A DNA stretch of 64,000 nucleotides from contig OZ244775.1 in NCBI GenBank assembly GCA_965219505.1, positions 2,558,815-2,622,814 on the forward strand. The letters are read 5' to 3'. Shown here piece by piece: positions 31,729 to 42,630 of this stretch (the stretch's first letter is position 1; each line of letters begins with the position of its first letter). Source of the stretch: Chloroflexota bacterium. Its GTDB lineage: Bacteria > Chloroflexota > UBA11872 > VXOZ01. Made by a program: the position numbers and the translations under genes. Under the pieces are notes generated by a model, which was not told where the DNA came from, ran no database searches, and saw only the letters and a program-made list of their open reading frames with translations.

Positions 31729-31832
31729 GGATGGAACGGAATTGACGGATGGAACGGGAATGACATTTGGGATGACTCTTCCCATTGTTGGGCGGGGACC
31801 GGTCACCTGTTCGGCGCGGCTTCCCACTGTAG

Positions 31833-31855
31833 CGCGGGGGCTTGTCCCCCGCTCG
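31833..31855. repeat. REP-like hairpin, family C (GTAGCGCGGGGGCTTGTCCCCCGC)
   Basis: Stem GCGGGGG/CCCCCGC with loop CTTGT. Copies at 18183-18205, 32599-32619 (variant), 38967-38989 (reverse orientation) and 55387-55407 (reverse orientation). Confidence 0.6.
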
Positions 31856-32032
31856 GCATGGTTCAGCAAACTTTTCAACAAACCGGACATTGCCACGCAA
31901 AACAATGCACCTTGGGCGTCAGAGTATGTGGCGATGTCTTTACGAATCGCCACTGCAGCCGAGGCAGCGCGCTGCTTCAACCAGCGAGGGTCAAAAAGCC
32001 GAAGAAAACTAAGCACACTTGGACGGTGAGCA

Positions 32033-32545
32033 ATGCCAGTTGACGAGAAGTTCTTGAAGGAAATGAGCATACGCACGTATCAGCCGAAAGATGAGGCGCG
32101 GGTCAAGGATCTCACCATCGCCGCCTTCACGGGGGTGAGCATCGAGCACAACATAGAGAATTCCTGGCCCGGTCTCTTGCCGCTGCCTTGGGGCGAGCGC
32201 AAGTGGCCCATGGTAGCCGGTGACCTCACCGACCATCCGGAAGACTGCTTTGTGGCCGAGTACAAAGGTGAGGTAATTGCCTTCGCAACAACGCGCATCA
32301 ACCGCACCAACAGCGTCGGCCAAATTCCCGATATGGCGGTAGACGAGGAGTTTCGCGGCAAAGGCATCGGACGCAAGTTGCTGGAGCACTGCCTTCAGTA
32401 CTTTCGAGATCAGCGACTCACATTGGCGCGCATTGAAACCTTGGCGCAAAACCCAATCGGCCGTCACCTCTATCCCGATCTGGGATTCGAGGAAGTTGCG
32501 CAGCAAGTCTTCTACGCCATGCCGCTGGAGCCTGAGGATGCGTAG
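32033..32545 (+). CDS. GNAT-family N-acetyltransferase
   Basis: Acetyl-CoA binding motif 'VDEEFRGKGIGRKLLEH'. Confidence 0.65.
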   Translation: MPVDEKFLKEMSIRTYQPKDEARVKDLTIAAFTGVSIEHNIENSWPGLLPLPWGERKWPMVAGDLTDHPEDCFVAEYKGEVIAFATTRINRTNSVGQIPDMAVDEEFRGKGIGRKLLEHCLQYFRDQRLTLARIETLAQNPIGRHLYPDLGFEEVAQQVFYAMPLEPEDA

Positions 32546-32857
32546 TGTTGGTTGCAAGAGGGCTCGCCATTGGTGTAAAGATAAAGAACTGCAATAAAGC
32601 GCGGAGGCTTGTCCCTCGCAAAGCAGAATCACCAAAACCATCGTTCCCGCGTAGACCCTACCTCAGCCAAAGCCGGCATCTGAATCATGTGTCTGCAACC
32701 TACCTGGACTGCGGTCTACGCCGGGTTGACGGAAATTCCTGATTTAGGCTCTCGTGCGCTTACCCATCGCCCCATACGTACCTGTGCCGCAATTTGGTAT
32801 GCTTTAAGAGTAAGTATTCCCATGTCTTAAATCCCCACTTAGGAGCTGAATCGCAGC

Positions 32858-33388
32858 ATGGCTAACGCTAAACCCACTCTTGCATCCCGACTCGGAAGGT
32901 GGATTCGCGCAATCACACTGGCGCTTGCCGTGATAGGCGTCGCGACCGGAGTGGCGGCACTGGCGCTCGGTATCCTGCTCTGGCAGGACCGCCCCACGGT
33001 ACAGACTGCCGCCGACCGGGCGCAGAACGCCGCTCAGGTCACTAGCGCAATGGATACGCGCGTTTCCGGCGTCGAGCAGCAAGCAGAGACTCTGAGTCAA
33101 GAAGTGAATGTGCTGCAGTTTCAGAATCACTTGTTGCGCGCATCGGTACGCATTAGTCGTGCGCGGGTGCATCTGCGCGAACGCCAGAGCGGGCTTGCAG
33201 TGCGCGAACTGGCCGAAGCTGAGCGATCGCTCAACGCTGCGGCGAAGCTAGGATCTATAGGACAGCAGGAGCAGATCGAAGAAATTAAGACGCTCCTTGC
33301 CGACCTTAAGAACATCGTTGAAACGGGTACCTTCCCCATACAAACGTTGGAAGTCATCGGCGACCGCATCGATGCCATGATCCGGTGA
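32858..33388 (+). CDS. Hypothetical membrane-anchored coiled-coil protein
   Basis: Good RBS 'taggag', a single N-terminal TM segment, and a coiled-coil-like remainder. Confidence 0.35.
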   Translation: MANAKPTLASRLGRWIRAITLALAVIGVATGVAALALGILLWQDRPTVQTAADRAQNAAQVTSAMDTRVSGVEQQAETLSQEVNVLQFQNHLLRASVRISRARVHLRERQSGLAVRELAEAERSLNAAAKLGSIGQQEQIEEIKTLLADLKNIVETGTFPIQTLEVIGDRIDAMIR

Positions 33389-33487
33389 AAGCCACTTGCG
33401 TTCTTCCATCTTCTAGGCATGAATCTTGGCGATGCAGTTAGACCTATCCCCTTTCAGGCAGCGCATCGCTTACCAGGGTTGAGAACG

Positions 33488-34381
33488 ATGAGAATCGGCG
33501 TAATCGGGCCCGGGCGCGTAGGTACAGGGCTGGCACGACTCCTTGCCGACCGAGGATACGCCGTACGCGCAGTAGCCGGAAAGACCCCTGCTCATGCCGC
33601 AACGCTCGCCGCTGCCCTGCCGGCATGTGAATTTACCACGGGACAAGCTGTCGCGGACTCCTGTGATTTGGTTTTCATTACCACCCCTGACGACGCCATC
33701 AACGCGGTCGCGCACGCTATAGCCTGGCGTGGCGGACAGGGCGTCGTCCATTGCAGCGGCGCGTTACCGGCTTCCGCTCTCGGCGCAGTAGAAAGCAACG
33801 GCGCCTTGCCCGGCGCGTTCCATCCACTGCAAACGCTCCCGGACGCACAAGCGGCGTTCTCAAACCTGCCCGGCTCATTCGTGGCAATTGAAGCGGAAGA
33901 GCCGCTCCTTGGGCGGCTAGCGGCCATAGCTGCCGACCTTGGGTGCACGTGGGGCTACGTGCCTCCCGATGCGCGACCCGCCTATCACGCTGCTGCGGTG
34001 CTAGTTTCAAACTATACGGTGGCCCTGACTCATGCCGGTGTCGCGCTCTGGCGCGCGATAGGGAAGACAGAGGAAGAAGCACTCCAGGCCTTGATGCCGT
34101 TGCTGCAAGGCACCGTGCATAACCTCCGCCGACTCGGCCCCACAGACGCCCTCACCGGCCCCGTAGCACGTGGAGATTGGCCGACTGTGGAGAAAAACCT
34201 CCAAGCGGTCGCGGAAAGCGCGCCGCAGCATACGTTCACCTACGCTGCAATGGCACTCGCGATGATATACAATAATCTCGCGCCCACCGAGAGCAAGGAT
34301 GCTGCCCATGGCAAAGGCGTTGTCGATGAAAAGCTGCTGGCAGTCCTCAGAGAATCGTTGAGATTCCAAGGAAATCAATGA
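33488..34381 (+). CDS. Rossmann-fold NAD(P)-binding DUF2520-like protein, a putative PanG-type ketopantoate reductase
   Basis: 'MRIGVIGPGRVGTGLARLL' dinucleotide-binding motif. The stop overlaps the panB ATG (ATGA), placing it in an operon with panB and panC. Confidence 0.5.
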   Translation: MRIGVIGPGRVGTGLARLLADRGYAVRAVAGKTPAHAATLAAALPACEFTTGQAVADSCDLVFITTPDDAINAVAHAIAWRGGQGVVHCSGALPASALGAVESNGALPGAFHPLQTLPDAQAAFSNLPGSFVAIEAEEPLLGRLAAIAADLGCTWGYVPPDARPAYHAAAVLVSNYTVALTHAGVALWRAIGKTEEEALQALMPLLQGTVHNLRRLGPTDALTGPVARGDWPTVEKNLQAVAESAPQHTFTYAAMALAMIYNNLAPTESKDAAHGKGVVDEKLLAVLRESLRFQGNQ

Positions 34382-35250
34382 GCACCGCACGCGTTACCAT
34401 CGCCGACCTCAAGCAGATGAAAGCAGAGGGGCGTAAGATTGTGATGCTTACGGCGTACGACGCGCCGCTGGCGCACTTTGTAGAGTCTGCAGGAGTTCCT
34501 GCAATCTTGGTGGGCGACAGCGTGGGCAACACGGTGCTGGGCTACGAGAACACCCTGCCGGTCACAATGGACGATATCTTGCGCCATACGCAGGCAGTGA
34601 TGCGCGGCACGCGCCGGGCCATGGTGATCGCCGACATGCCCTTCCTCTCGTATCGCGTATCCAACGAGCAAGCGCTCCTGAATGCCGGACAATTGATTCA
34701 GGAGGGAGGCGCACAAGGGGTAAAGCTGGAAGGCGGCAAGCAGACCGTAACGGTAACGGCGCATTTGGTGGATGCCGGTATTCCGGTGATGGGCCACTTG
34801 GGTCTCACACCGCAGTCGGTGCACCAACTTGGCGGCTACCGCGCTCAGGGACGCACCTTGGCCGAGGCGGAGGAACTCCAGAGCGACGCACTCGCCCTCG
34901 AGCGCGCGGGCGCATTTGCCATCGTGCTGGAGAGCATTCCGGCAACACTTGCGCAGAAGATCACCGAGTCGCTTTCTATCCCCACTATTGGCATCGGCGC
35001 CGGTGTCCACTGCGATGGGCAGATCCAAGTTTTGCACGACCTGCTAGGTCTAAATCCCCGCACCGAACACCCACGCCACGCAAAGGCATACGCTAACCTG
35101 GGAGATGAAATTCGCGCCGCGGTGAGCCACTACGTGAAAGATGTCGAAAGCGGGACGTTTCCCACGCGTGAACACAGTTTCATGCTTCCCAACGAAGTCG
35201 CGCGAGCCTTGCGCAAAGAAACCCTGGTTTCGGCCTCTGACGAAGACTAA
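34378..35250 (+). CDS. panB: 3-methyl-2-oxobutanoate hydroxymethyltransferase
   Basis: 'LTAYDAPLAHFVESAGVPAILVGDSVGNTVLGYENTLPVTMDDIL' is canonical PanB. Confidence 0.9.
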   Translation: MSTARVTIADLKQMKAEGRKIVMLTAYDAPLAHFVESAGVPAILVGDSVGNTVLGYENTLPVTMDDILRHTQAVMRGTRRAMVIADMPFLSYRVSNEQALLNAGQLIQEGGAQGVKLEGGKQTVTVTAHLVDAGIPVMGHLGLTPQSVHQLGGYRAQGRTLAEAEELQSDALALERAGAFAIVLESIPATLAQKITESLSIPTIGIGAGVHCDGQIQVLHDLLGLNPRTEHPRHAKAYANLGDEIRAAVSHYVKDVESGTFPTREHSFMLPNEVARALRKETLVSASDED

Positions 35251-35380
35251 TGAGGTGCCCACTTTGCGCACGAGAATATAGAATCCCGTTCGTCCTGAGC
35301 CTGTCGAAGGGCGATAGATGCGCTCCGCGCACGAGAATAAGGGCGCGACACGTCGCCAAGCAACCACTAAGTACGCTCAC

Positions 35381-36229
35381 ATGGAGATTCTGCGCACGAT
35401 CCCAGCAGTACGCGCCGTCCGCCAGGAAGCTCAAGGCAGCGTCGGCCTTGTTCCGACCATGGGGTATCTGCACGCCGGCCACATGGCGAACGTTCACGCA
35501 GCTCGCGCTCATAACGATCACTGCTGGGCTACGCTATTCGTAAACTCTCTGCAATTCGGGTCGAATGAGGACTTTGCTACCTACCCCCGCGACCTGCCCC
35601 GCGACCTTGCCATGTTCGAAGAATGGGGCGTGGACGTCGTATTCGTGCCGGAAGCAGGGACGATGTACGCAGACGACTTCAGCACGTACGTTGACGTCGA
35701 GAATCTCACTGATCGCTTGGAGGGGGCAGCGCGGCCCGGACACTTCCGCGGCGTCACCACGGTTGTCTGCAAGCTGCTCAACATCGTGCGGCCTCACCGC
35801 GCCTACTTTGGTCGCAAAGACGCCCAGCAAATTCGCGTGGTACAGCGCATGGTGCGCGACCTCGACATCCCCACCACTATAGTGCCAGTCGAAACGGTGC
35901 GTGAGCCGGACGGTCTCGCCCAGGCAAGTCGCAACGTCCACTTGAATCCGGATGAGCGTGCAGCGGCAATAGTCGTTTATCGGTCATTGCAAGCAGCGGC
36001 AGAGCGTTTAGCCGCCGGAGAACGCGACGCTGACGCCCTGCGTTCCGCCATGCATGCGGTACTCGCACGCGAGCCGCTGGCGCAAGTGGACTACGTGAGC
36101 ATCGCCGACGACGAAACACTGGAAGAACTATCTGATATCGAGGGTCCGGCGCTCGCGTCGCTCGCCGTCCGCATCGGCGCCACGCGCCTCATCGATGCCA
36201 TGGAGCTAGGCAGCGACACCGCCCCTTGA
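35381..36229 (+). CDS. panC: Pantoate--beta-alanine ligase
   Basis: 'GLVPTMGYLHAGH' HIGH-type motif and full-length PanC similarity. Confidence 0.85.
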   Translation: MEILRTIPAVRAVRQEAQGSVGLVPTMGYLHAGHMANVHAARAHNDHCWATLFVNSLQFGSNEDFATYPRDLPRDLAMFEEWGVDVVFVPEAGTMYADDFSTYVDVENLTDRLEGAARPGHFRGVTTVVCKLLNIVRPHRAYFGRKDAQQIRVVQRMVRDLDIPTTIVPVETVREPDGLAQASRNVHLNPDERAAAIVVYRSLQAAAERLAAGERDADALRSAMHAVLAREPLAQVDYVSIADDETLEELSDIEGPALASLAVRIGATRLIDAMELGSDTAP

Positions 36230-36366
36230 GTGAGCCGGGAGACCGGACTTTCGGCGCCACATGGGGCGGCGCACAAAGGTATTGCACCAGATGCCTATTC
36301 TAGACTCGGCATGTGCCGGCAACTTCCACCCACAGCCGTGACTCATGACGTGGACGGCGTTATTTC

Positions 36367-37569
36367 CTATTTCTCTTCGACAAATCCGCCAACCGCTTGC
36401 TCAAATTCAATGCGTTCAAGAACTCCACCGAGGTCACCCAATGGAACAACGTCACCATTGGTGCGCGATTGACGATCGATGCCGCCGTAGACGACGTACT
36501 TAGAAATAATCTGTGGAATTCGCTTTGCAACGCGATTGAGGGAACTAAAGTAATCTGACGCAATCGTAGCGCCGGACTTGATCTCGACGGCGCCAATGCC
36601 TTGGCCGGTCTCGTAGAACAGGTCACATTCCAGACCACGCACGTCGCGGAAGAAAGAGAGATTGGATTGCAGGCCCCGATTGAAGCGGTGCTTGAGTGCC
36701 TCGATGACCACCGTATTCTCAAATAGAGACCCGCGTAAGGGGTGAGTGGCCACCTGCTTGGCGTTTTCAATGCCAATGAGATAGCTCGCCAAACCAACGT
36801 CGTAAAAGTAAAGCTTGGGCGACTTGATCAAGCGTTTCTGAAGATTGGTGTGAAAGGGCTCGAGCTGGAAGACGATGTAGCTTGCCTCCAAGACTTTAAG
36901 CCACTCTCTGGCCGTGGTATGTGAAACGCCCGCGTCAGCGCCCAGCGAAGAGAGATTGACTAACTGTCCAACGCGCCCGGCGCAAAGCCGCACGAAACGA
37001 CGAAAGCTCGACAGGTTGCGGATCTCGCCTATTTGCCGGACGTCACGCTCCACGTATGTTTCAAAGTAATCGCCGAGCGCTTGTCGCGGATCGAGCCCTT
37101 GATCGTGAATGCGCGGATAGAAACCAGAGTAGAGGATATCGTCCACCGCGGTGCTTGCACCGGTCAATTGCCGCTCTGCTAGAGAGAATGGCAAGAGACG
37201 GAGCAGTGCCGTTCGCCCTGCCAGCGACTGGCCAATGGCGTCAGAAAGCCGGAACTGCTCGCTGCCCGTAAGCACAAAGAGGCTGTTGCGCCCCTTTTCG
37301 TCGGCTAGAACCTGCAGGTACGACAAGAGGCTCGGTACGCGTTGGATCTCATCGAGAATGGCGCCGTCATCGAGACGTGCAAGAAAGGCCCTCGGATCGG
37401 ATTCTGCAAACTCCCTCTGGTCAGGCGCTTCGAGATTCACATATTCCAAAATAGGAAACACATTGCGGCACAACGTCGTCTTACCGGATTGCCGCGGCCC
37501 GGTCACAGTCACAAAAGGATATTGCTTGAACAAGGCGACAAGACGGGGAGTAATTTCGCGCTCAATCAT
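36367..37569 (-). CDS. AAA+ ATPase (COG1373/DUF4143 family)
   Basis: Walker A 'GPRQSGKTT' and overall architecture. Start taken at ATG 37569 (MIEREI). Confidence 0.7.
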   Translation of the reverse strand: MIEREITPRLVALFKQYPFVTVTGPRQSGKTTLCRNVFPILEYVNLEAPDQREFAESDPRAFLARLDDGAILDEIQRVPSLLSYLQVLADEKGRNSLFVLTGSEQFRLSDAIGQSLAGRTALLRLLPFSLAERQLTGASTAVDDILYSGFYPRIHDQGLDPRQALGDYFETYVERDVRQIGEIRNLSSFRRFVRLCAGRVGQLVNLSSLGADAGVSHTTAREWLKVLEASYIVFQLEPFHTNLQKRLIKSPKLYFYDVGLASYLIGIENAKQVATHPLRGSLFENTVVIEALKHRFNRGLQSNLSFFRDVRGLECDLFYETGQGIGAVEIKSGATIASDYFSSLNRVAKRIPQIISKYVVYGGIDRQSRTNGDVVPLGDLGGVLERIEFEQAVGGFVEEK

Positions 37570-37874
37570 ACCGTCAGTATATAAGAGAATGTGTAATACT
37601 GCAAGTAGTACCTGCAATATTACACAAAACAACAGGGTTCTGGATTTGCCTGAATATTGGAAATCCGAGTCTCTACTCATGTAGTAGCGTTGACGTGCGC
37701 ACCCGATCAGTTCGATGTGACGCTCATGCTGCTATTGCGCTACTATGGATACGTTTGCGAGCGCAACTCTTCTTTTCCCGCAGCGGGAAATCGGCACCGG
37801 AGCACCGGTGCCTTAACTATGTGGCGTGCGCTGACACTAAACCCTGACTAAACCCTAGACTGACGAAGGACGCC

Positions 37875-38870
37875 TTGATGTTCGGAACTTTGAACTCGCC
37901 CGTGCTCTGGATTGGATTCACCGCCGCCGTCGTGACCTTGCTCATACTGGACTTGATGGTATTCCATCGCGGCGCGCACGTAATCAAGCCGCGTGAGTCA
38001 GCGACCTGGGTGGGCATTTGGGTAAGTCTTGCCCTTGTTTTCGCCGCCGGCATGTTCATCTTTGCCGGGCCCGAACGCGGTACCGAGTTCATCACGGGAT
38101 ACCTCATCGAGTGGACGCTCAGCGTCGATAACCTCTTCGTCTTTCTGATCATCTTCACGTATTTCGCGGTTCCCAACGAGTACCGCTACAACGTGCTCTT
38201 CTGGGGTATTCTCGCCGCCATCATCCTGCGGGGCGCGTTCATACTTATCGGCGCCGCGCTTCTGAGCACATTCCATTGGATGATCTTCGTCTTCGGCGGC
38301 TTCCTGATCTACACCGGCATTCGCATTCTGCTCAAGGGCGACGAAGATACCGATCCCGAGCGTAACTTCGCCGTTCGGGTCTTTCGCAAGATTCTGCCAA
38401 GCACTGCCAACTATCACGGCGGGAGCTATATTGTGAAGCTCGACGGCCGCTGGCTGGCGACGCCTCTATTGCTCGTGCTGCTTGTCGTAAACGTCACTGA
38501 CGTGGTGTTCGCCTTGGATTCCGTACCGGCAATCTTCGCCATTACGCGTGAACCGTTTATCGTCTACTCCGCGAACATCTTTGCCATTCTCGGTCTACGC
38601 GCCCTCTACTTCTTGCTCGCGAACCTGATGGACCGGTTTCACTACCTCGGTGTGGGCCTCGGCCTCGTGCTCATCTTTGTGGGCATCAAGATGGTCGTAG
38701 GCGATTTCCACGGCGTGCCGAAAGGAGACCACTTCTTTACCCCCGTGCTTGAGAGAATCGAAGTGATAGCCACGGCATTCCACGAGCAACCGGCCTACTC
38801 TCTGGCCGTGGTTGGCGTACTGTTAGGCGGATCGGTAGTCGCGTCGCTGCTGCGTCCACCACAAGACTGA
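37875..38870 (+). CDS. TerC-family integral membrane protein
   Basis: 'TGYLIEWTLSVDNLFVFLIIF' TerC signature, with a duplicated TM repeat structure. Confidence 0.75.
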   Translation: MMFGTLNSPVLWIGFTAAVVTLLILDLMVFHRGAHVIKPRESATWVGIWVSLALVFAAGMFIFAGPERGTEFITGYLIEWTLSVDNLFVFLIIFTYFAVPNEYRYNVLFWGILAAIILRGAFILIGAALLSTFHWMIFVFGGFLIYTGIRILLKGDEDTDPERNFAVRVFRKILPSTANYHGGSYIVKLDGRWLATPLLLVLLVVNVTDVVFALDSVPAIFAITREPFIVYSANIFAILGLRALYFLLANLMDRFHYLGVGLGLVLIFVGIKMVVGDFHGVPKGDHFFTPVLERIEVIATAFHEQPAYSLAVVGVLLGGSVVASLLRPPQD

Positions 38871-38885
38871 TACCGCCACCACACT

Positions 38886-38910
38886 GTCATTCCGAGCGCA
38901 GCGAGGAATC
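38886..38910. repeat. REP-like element, family A copy
   Basis: gtcattccgagcgcagcgaggaatc. This intergenic region (38871-39300) also holds family A copies at 39023 and 39143 and a family C copy at 38967. Confidence 0.6.
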
Positions 38911-39301
38911 TAGGTCCCCGCCAGCAAGAGAGCACAAGAATCAGTGTTCGGCATACGCGTTAATCAGCGGAGAACAAGCCCCCGCGCTACGCCTGGCTGA
39001 CTTCTGTTTGCCGCGATAGGCAGTCATTCCAAGCGAAGCTAGGTATCTAGAACTCGGGTCCTGGATTCCGACTAAGGCTTCCGCGGCACGTAGGGGCACG
39101 ACATGTCGTGCCCCTACCAGGTCGTCGTTGCGGCAGAACGCCTGCTCCGAGCGCAGCGAGGAATCCAGTTTGTGCGCTCGGCTATGAAGATTTGCGGTTG
39201 AAAGCAAAGCGACTCGCAATTCCTTCCGGGCAAGAATCGACAACCTAAACGCGAAGCCGGAGGGGCGCGCCACTCACCGCAGATTACGCTCAAATCCGTC
39301 C

Positions 39302-39910
39302 TCAGGACGCGCGCAGCCAGCCGGGCCGCTGTTCTTCGAAAGCCGCAATGGCGTCTGCCTGCTGCAAGGTCAAGCCAACCGCGTCTAGGCCGTTAAGTAG
39401 GCGGTGTTGAACGGTAGCATCAACCGAGAACGAGGCCGTGAAACCATGGTCGTCTTGGACTGTTGTCTTTACCAAGTCCACGGCTATGCGGTAGTTGGCA
39501 ATAGTCTGTGCGCGCTCCGTGAGGGTGGCCACGTCTTCCGGCGGCAAGACCACCGTGAGCATGCCATTCTCCACGGCGTTGTTGGCAAAGATGTCGGCAA
39601 AGCTGGGGGCGATGATGGCTAGGAAGCCATACTCTTTGAGCGCCCAAGCGGCGTGCTCCCGCGAAGAGCCGCAGCCGAAATTCCTGCCGGTGACGAGGAT
39701 CGTCGCGCCCGCATAGCGCGCGTCGTTGAGTTCGAACGCCGGGTTTGGGGTCGTGCCGTCCTCGAAGTACCGCCAGTCGAAGAACGCAAACGGGCCGTAG
39801 CCCGTACGTTCGATCCGCTTGAGAAACTGCTTCGGAATGACCTGGTCGGTGTCAACGTTGGCGCGGTCAAGCGCCGCTACTTTGCCGGTGTGTTCTACAA
39901 AGGGTTCCAT
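39302..39910 (-). CDS. leuD: 3-isopropylmalate dehydratase small subunit
   Basis: Canonical LeuD sequence. RBS 'aaggaaa' lies before ATG 39910 (MEPFVEH). Confidence 0.9.
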   Translation of the reverse strand: MEPFVEHTGKVAALDRANVDTDQVIPKQFLKRIERTGYGPFAFFDWRYFEDGTTPNPAFELNDARYAGATILVTGRNFGCGSSREHAAWALKEYGFLAIIAPSFADIFANNAVENGMLTVVLPPEDVATLTERAQTIANYRIAVDLVKTTVQDDHGFTASFSVDATVQHRLLNGLDAVGLTLQQADAIAAFEEQRPGWLRAS

Positions 39911-40296
39911 CGCTTTTTCCTTTTGCAATTTCGCCTACCCGCGTTGTGGGGCGAGTGGTTCCTAGTCTTACAACATTGTATTGATGGGTAGGCGCAGGCG
40001 ATGGCACGGAAAGACAGCGCAGGTTACCCGCACGTCCCGTGCGAACCTACGTTACCCATCGATGCAAACGTGTTGAACTACTAGCGCGCTAGCAACATCA
40101 AGAAGATTGTAACCATTACTACCTGGTAGATAGTAGCGGCGAGTAGCATCAACCCCCAGCGTATGGTCATGCGCCGCACCATCTCGTCCAAGTAGTCTCT
40201 ATTGTCGTTCACCGCAATTTCTTCCGGTCGGTTTGGGTTGCCGACGCTTCTCAATTAAGGGCATGCCGCAAGGCTTGACACGTGCGCCTATGCCTC

Positions 40297-41697
40297 TCAC
40301 CACTCCCGCACGTCCACGAACCGCCCCGCAATCGCGGCGGCGGCGGCCATCTGCGGACTGACGAGATGGGTGCGTCCGCCCTTGCCCTGGCGGCCCTCAA
40401 AGTTGCGGTTGGATGTTGAAGCACACCGCTCGCCGGGAGCCAAAATATCCGGGTTCATCCCCAAACACATAGAGCAACCGGCCTCACGCCACTCGAACCC
40501 CGCAGCCTGAAAGACCTCGTTAAGTCCTTCTGATTCCGCCTTCTGTTTGAGCATCGTTGAGCCCGGTACCACCATCGCCCTGACATTGGGGTGCACCCGC
40601 TTGCCGCGTACAATGCCCGCTGCCGCCCGCAGGTCTTCCAGCCGCGCGTTGGTGCACGAACCCAGAAAAACACGGTCAATAGGAATGTCCTGAATGGGCG
40701 TGCCTCCCTCCAGACCCATATATGTCAGAGCGCGCTCGGCAGTGGCTTGCTCATCAGGGGTTGCCATCTCACCGGGACTGGGCACGGAGCCGGTGATGGG
40801 AACCACCTGGCCGGGGTTCGTACCCCAGGTTACGTGGGGCACGAGCGTGGCTGCATCAATCACTATGACGCTATCGTAGGTAGCGTCGGCATCGGTGGAC
40901 AGCGTCCGCCAATGCGCGAGCGCCTCATCCCAGTCACTGCCTTGCGGCGCATACTTGCGCCCCTTAAGGTATGCAAACGTCTTCTCATCGGGCGCGATCA
41001 TCCCGGCGCGCGCGCCGCCTTCGATTGACATGTTGCAAATCGTCATGCGCCCTTCCATGGAGAGCGAGCGTATCACCTCACCCGTGTACTCGATTACGTG
41101 TCCGACGCCACCTTCCACGCCGATGTGCCCAATGATGCCGAGAATAACGTCCTTGGCCGTGACGCCCTGGGGCAGCGTACCGTCCACCCGCACTTCCATC
41201 GTCTTTGGCTTTTTCTGAATTAGGCACTGGGTGGCCAGCACGTGCTCCACCTCAGACGTGCCGATGCCGAGGGCAAACGCCCCAAACGCGCCGTGCGTAG
41301 AGGTATGGCTGTCACCACAGACGATTACCTTGCCGGGCTGCGTGTAGCCCAGTTCCGGCCCAATGATGTGCACGATGCCCTGATTCGGGCTGCGGTATCC
41401 ATAGAACGTGAGGCCGAATTCCGCCGCATTTTGCTCCATGGTCTCGATTTGACGGCGGGAAATATCGTCGGCAATCGACTCTGTGCGGCTCGTCGTAGGG
41501 ACGTTGTGGTCTACCGTCGCTACGGTCAGGGCAGGCCGCCGCACGGAACGACCGCTCAGCCGCAGCCCCTCGAATGCCTGCGCCGAGGTAACTTCATGCA
41601 CAAGGTGCAAGTCAACGTAGAGCAGCGCCGGTGCGCCCGGCTCCTCATGCACCAGGTGACTCTCCCAAACCTTCTCGAACAGCGTCTTTCCAGCCAT
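40297..41697 (-). CDS. leuC: 3-isopropylmalate dehydratase large subunit
   Basis: Aconitase-family motifs and the three Fe-S cysteines (C..C..C in 'GSCTNAR', 'GCSMCLG'). Confidence 0.9.
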   Translation of the reverse strand: MAGKTLFEKVWESHLVHEEPGAPALLYVDLHLVHEVTSAQAFEGLRLSGRSVRRPALTVATVDHNVPTTSRTESIADDISRRQIETMEQNAAEFGLTFYGYRSPNQGIVHIIGPELGYTQPGKVIVCGDSHTSTHGAFGAFALGIGTSEVEHVLATQCLIQKKPKTMEVRVDGTLPQGVTAKDVILGIIGHIGVEGGVGHVIEYTGEVIRSLSMEGRMTICNMSIEGGARAGMIAPDEKTFAYLKGRKYAPQGSDWDEALAHWRTLSTDADATYDSVIVIDAATLVPHVTWGTNPGQVVPITGSVPSPGEMATPDEQATAERALTYMGLEGGTPIQDIPIDRVFLGSCTNARLEDLRAAAGIVRGKRVHPNVRAMVVPGSTMLKQKAESEGLNEVFQAAGFEWREAGCSMCLGMNPDILAPGERCASTSNRNFEGRQGKGGRTHLVSPQMAAAAAIAGRFVDVREW

Positions 41698-41942
41698 ACG
41701 TGTCTCTCACTTTATAGCGACCAAGTGTACACAGAGCCGAGCCAACATCGGGCCCCGCTTTTCATCTATTCTAACTTACCTGCCGCTAACTATTGAAGCG
41801 ATAGAACGTACGCAATCCATTGAAAAGGAGAACTGAAGCTAGCAGGTAGACGGTATCCAGCGCTCTCGCGGTAATTGCTTAGGTACAAAACGTAGTGCGC
41901 ATTGAGATTCCAGGTGGCCGGTAACGCAGGTTTGCAGCCCGC

Positions 41943-42630
41943 GCCAAATCGCCGTAGAGGGCACTCCTCGTGACTCCCCTCCTCTTTCCGCCGTAGGGGC
42001 AGTCCTTGTGACTGCCCTCTTCTTTCCGTTGTAGGCGCAGTCCTTGTGACTGCCCTCTTCTTTCCGTTGTAGGCGCAGTCCTAGTGACTGCCCTCTTCTT
42101 TCCGCCGTAGGCGCAGTCCTAGTGACTGCCCTCTTCTTTCCGCCGTAGGCGCAGTCCTTGTGACTGCCCTCTTCTTTCCGCCGTAGGCGCAGTCCTTGTG
42201 ACTGCCCTCTTCTTTCCGTTGTAGGGGCAGTCCTTGTGACTGCCCTCTTCTTTCCGTTGTAGGCGCAGTCCTTGTGACTGCCCTCTTCTTTCCGTTGTAG
42301 GCGCAGTCCTCGTGGCTGCCCTCTTCTTTCCGCCGTAGGCGCAGTCCTTGTGGCTGCCCTCTTCTTTCCGCCGTAGGCGCAGTCCTCGTGGCTGCCCTCT
42401 TCTTTTCGCCGTAGGCGCAGTCCTCGTGGCTGCCCTCTTCTTTTCGCCGTAGGCGCAGTCCTCGTGGCTGCCCTCTTCTTTTCGCCGTAGGCGCAGTCCT
42501 CGTGGCTGCCCTCTTCTTTTCGCCGTAGGCGCAGTCCTCGTGGCTGCCCTCTTCTTTTCGCCGTAGGCGCAGTCCTCGTGGCTGCCCTCTTCTTTTCGCC
42601 GTAGGCGCAGTCCTTGTGACTGCCCTCTTC
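41943..42630. repeat. Tandem array of ~18 copies of a 38-bp unit (GTAGGCGCAGTCCTTGTGACTGCCCTCTTCTTTCCGYY), each containing a 7-bp-stem hairpin (GGCAGTC-N5-GACTGCC)
   Basis: Direct head-to-tail repeats with no unique spacers. Variants differ in the hairpin (cttgtgac / ctagtgac / ctcgtggc). The array sits immediately upstream of the leuC start on the same strand. Confidence 0.85.
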
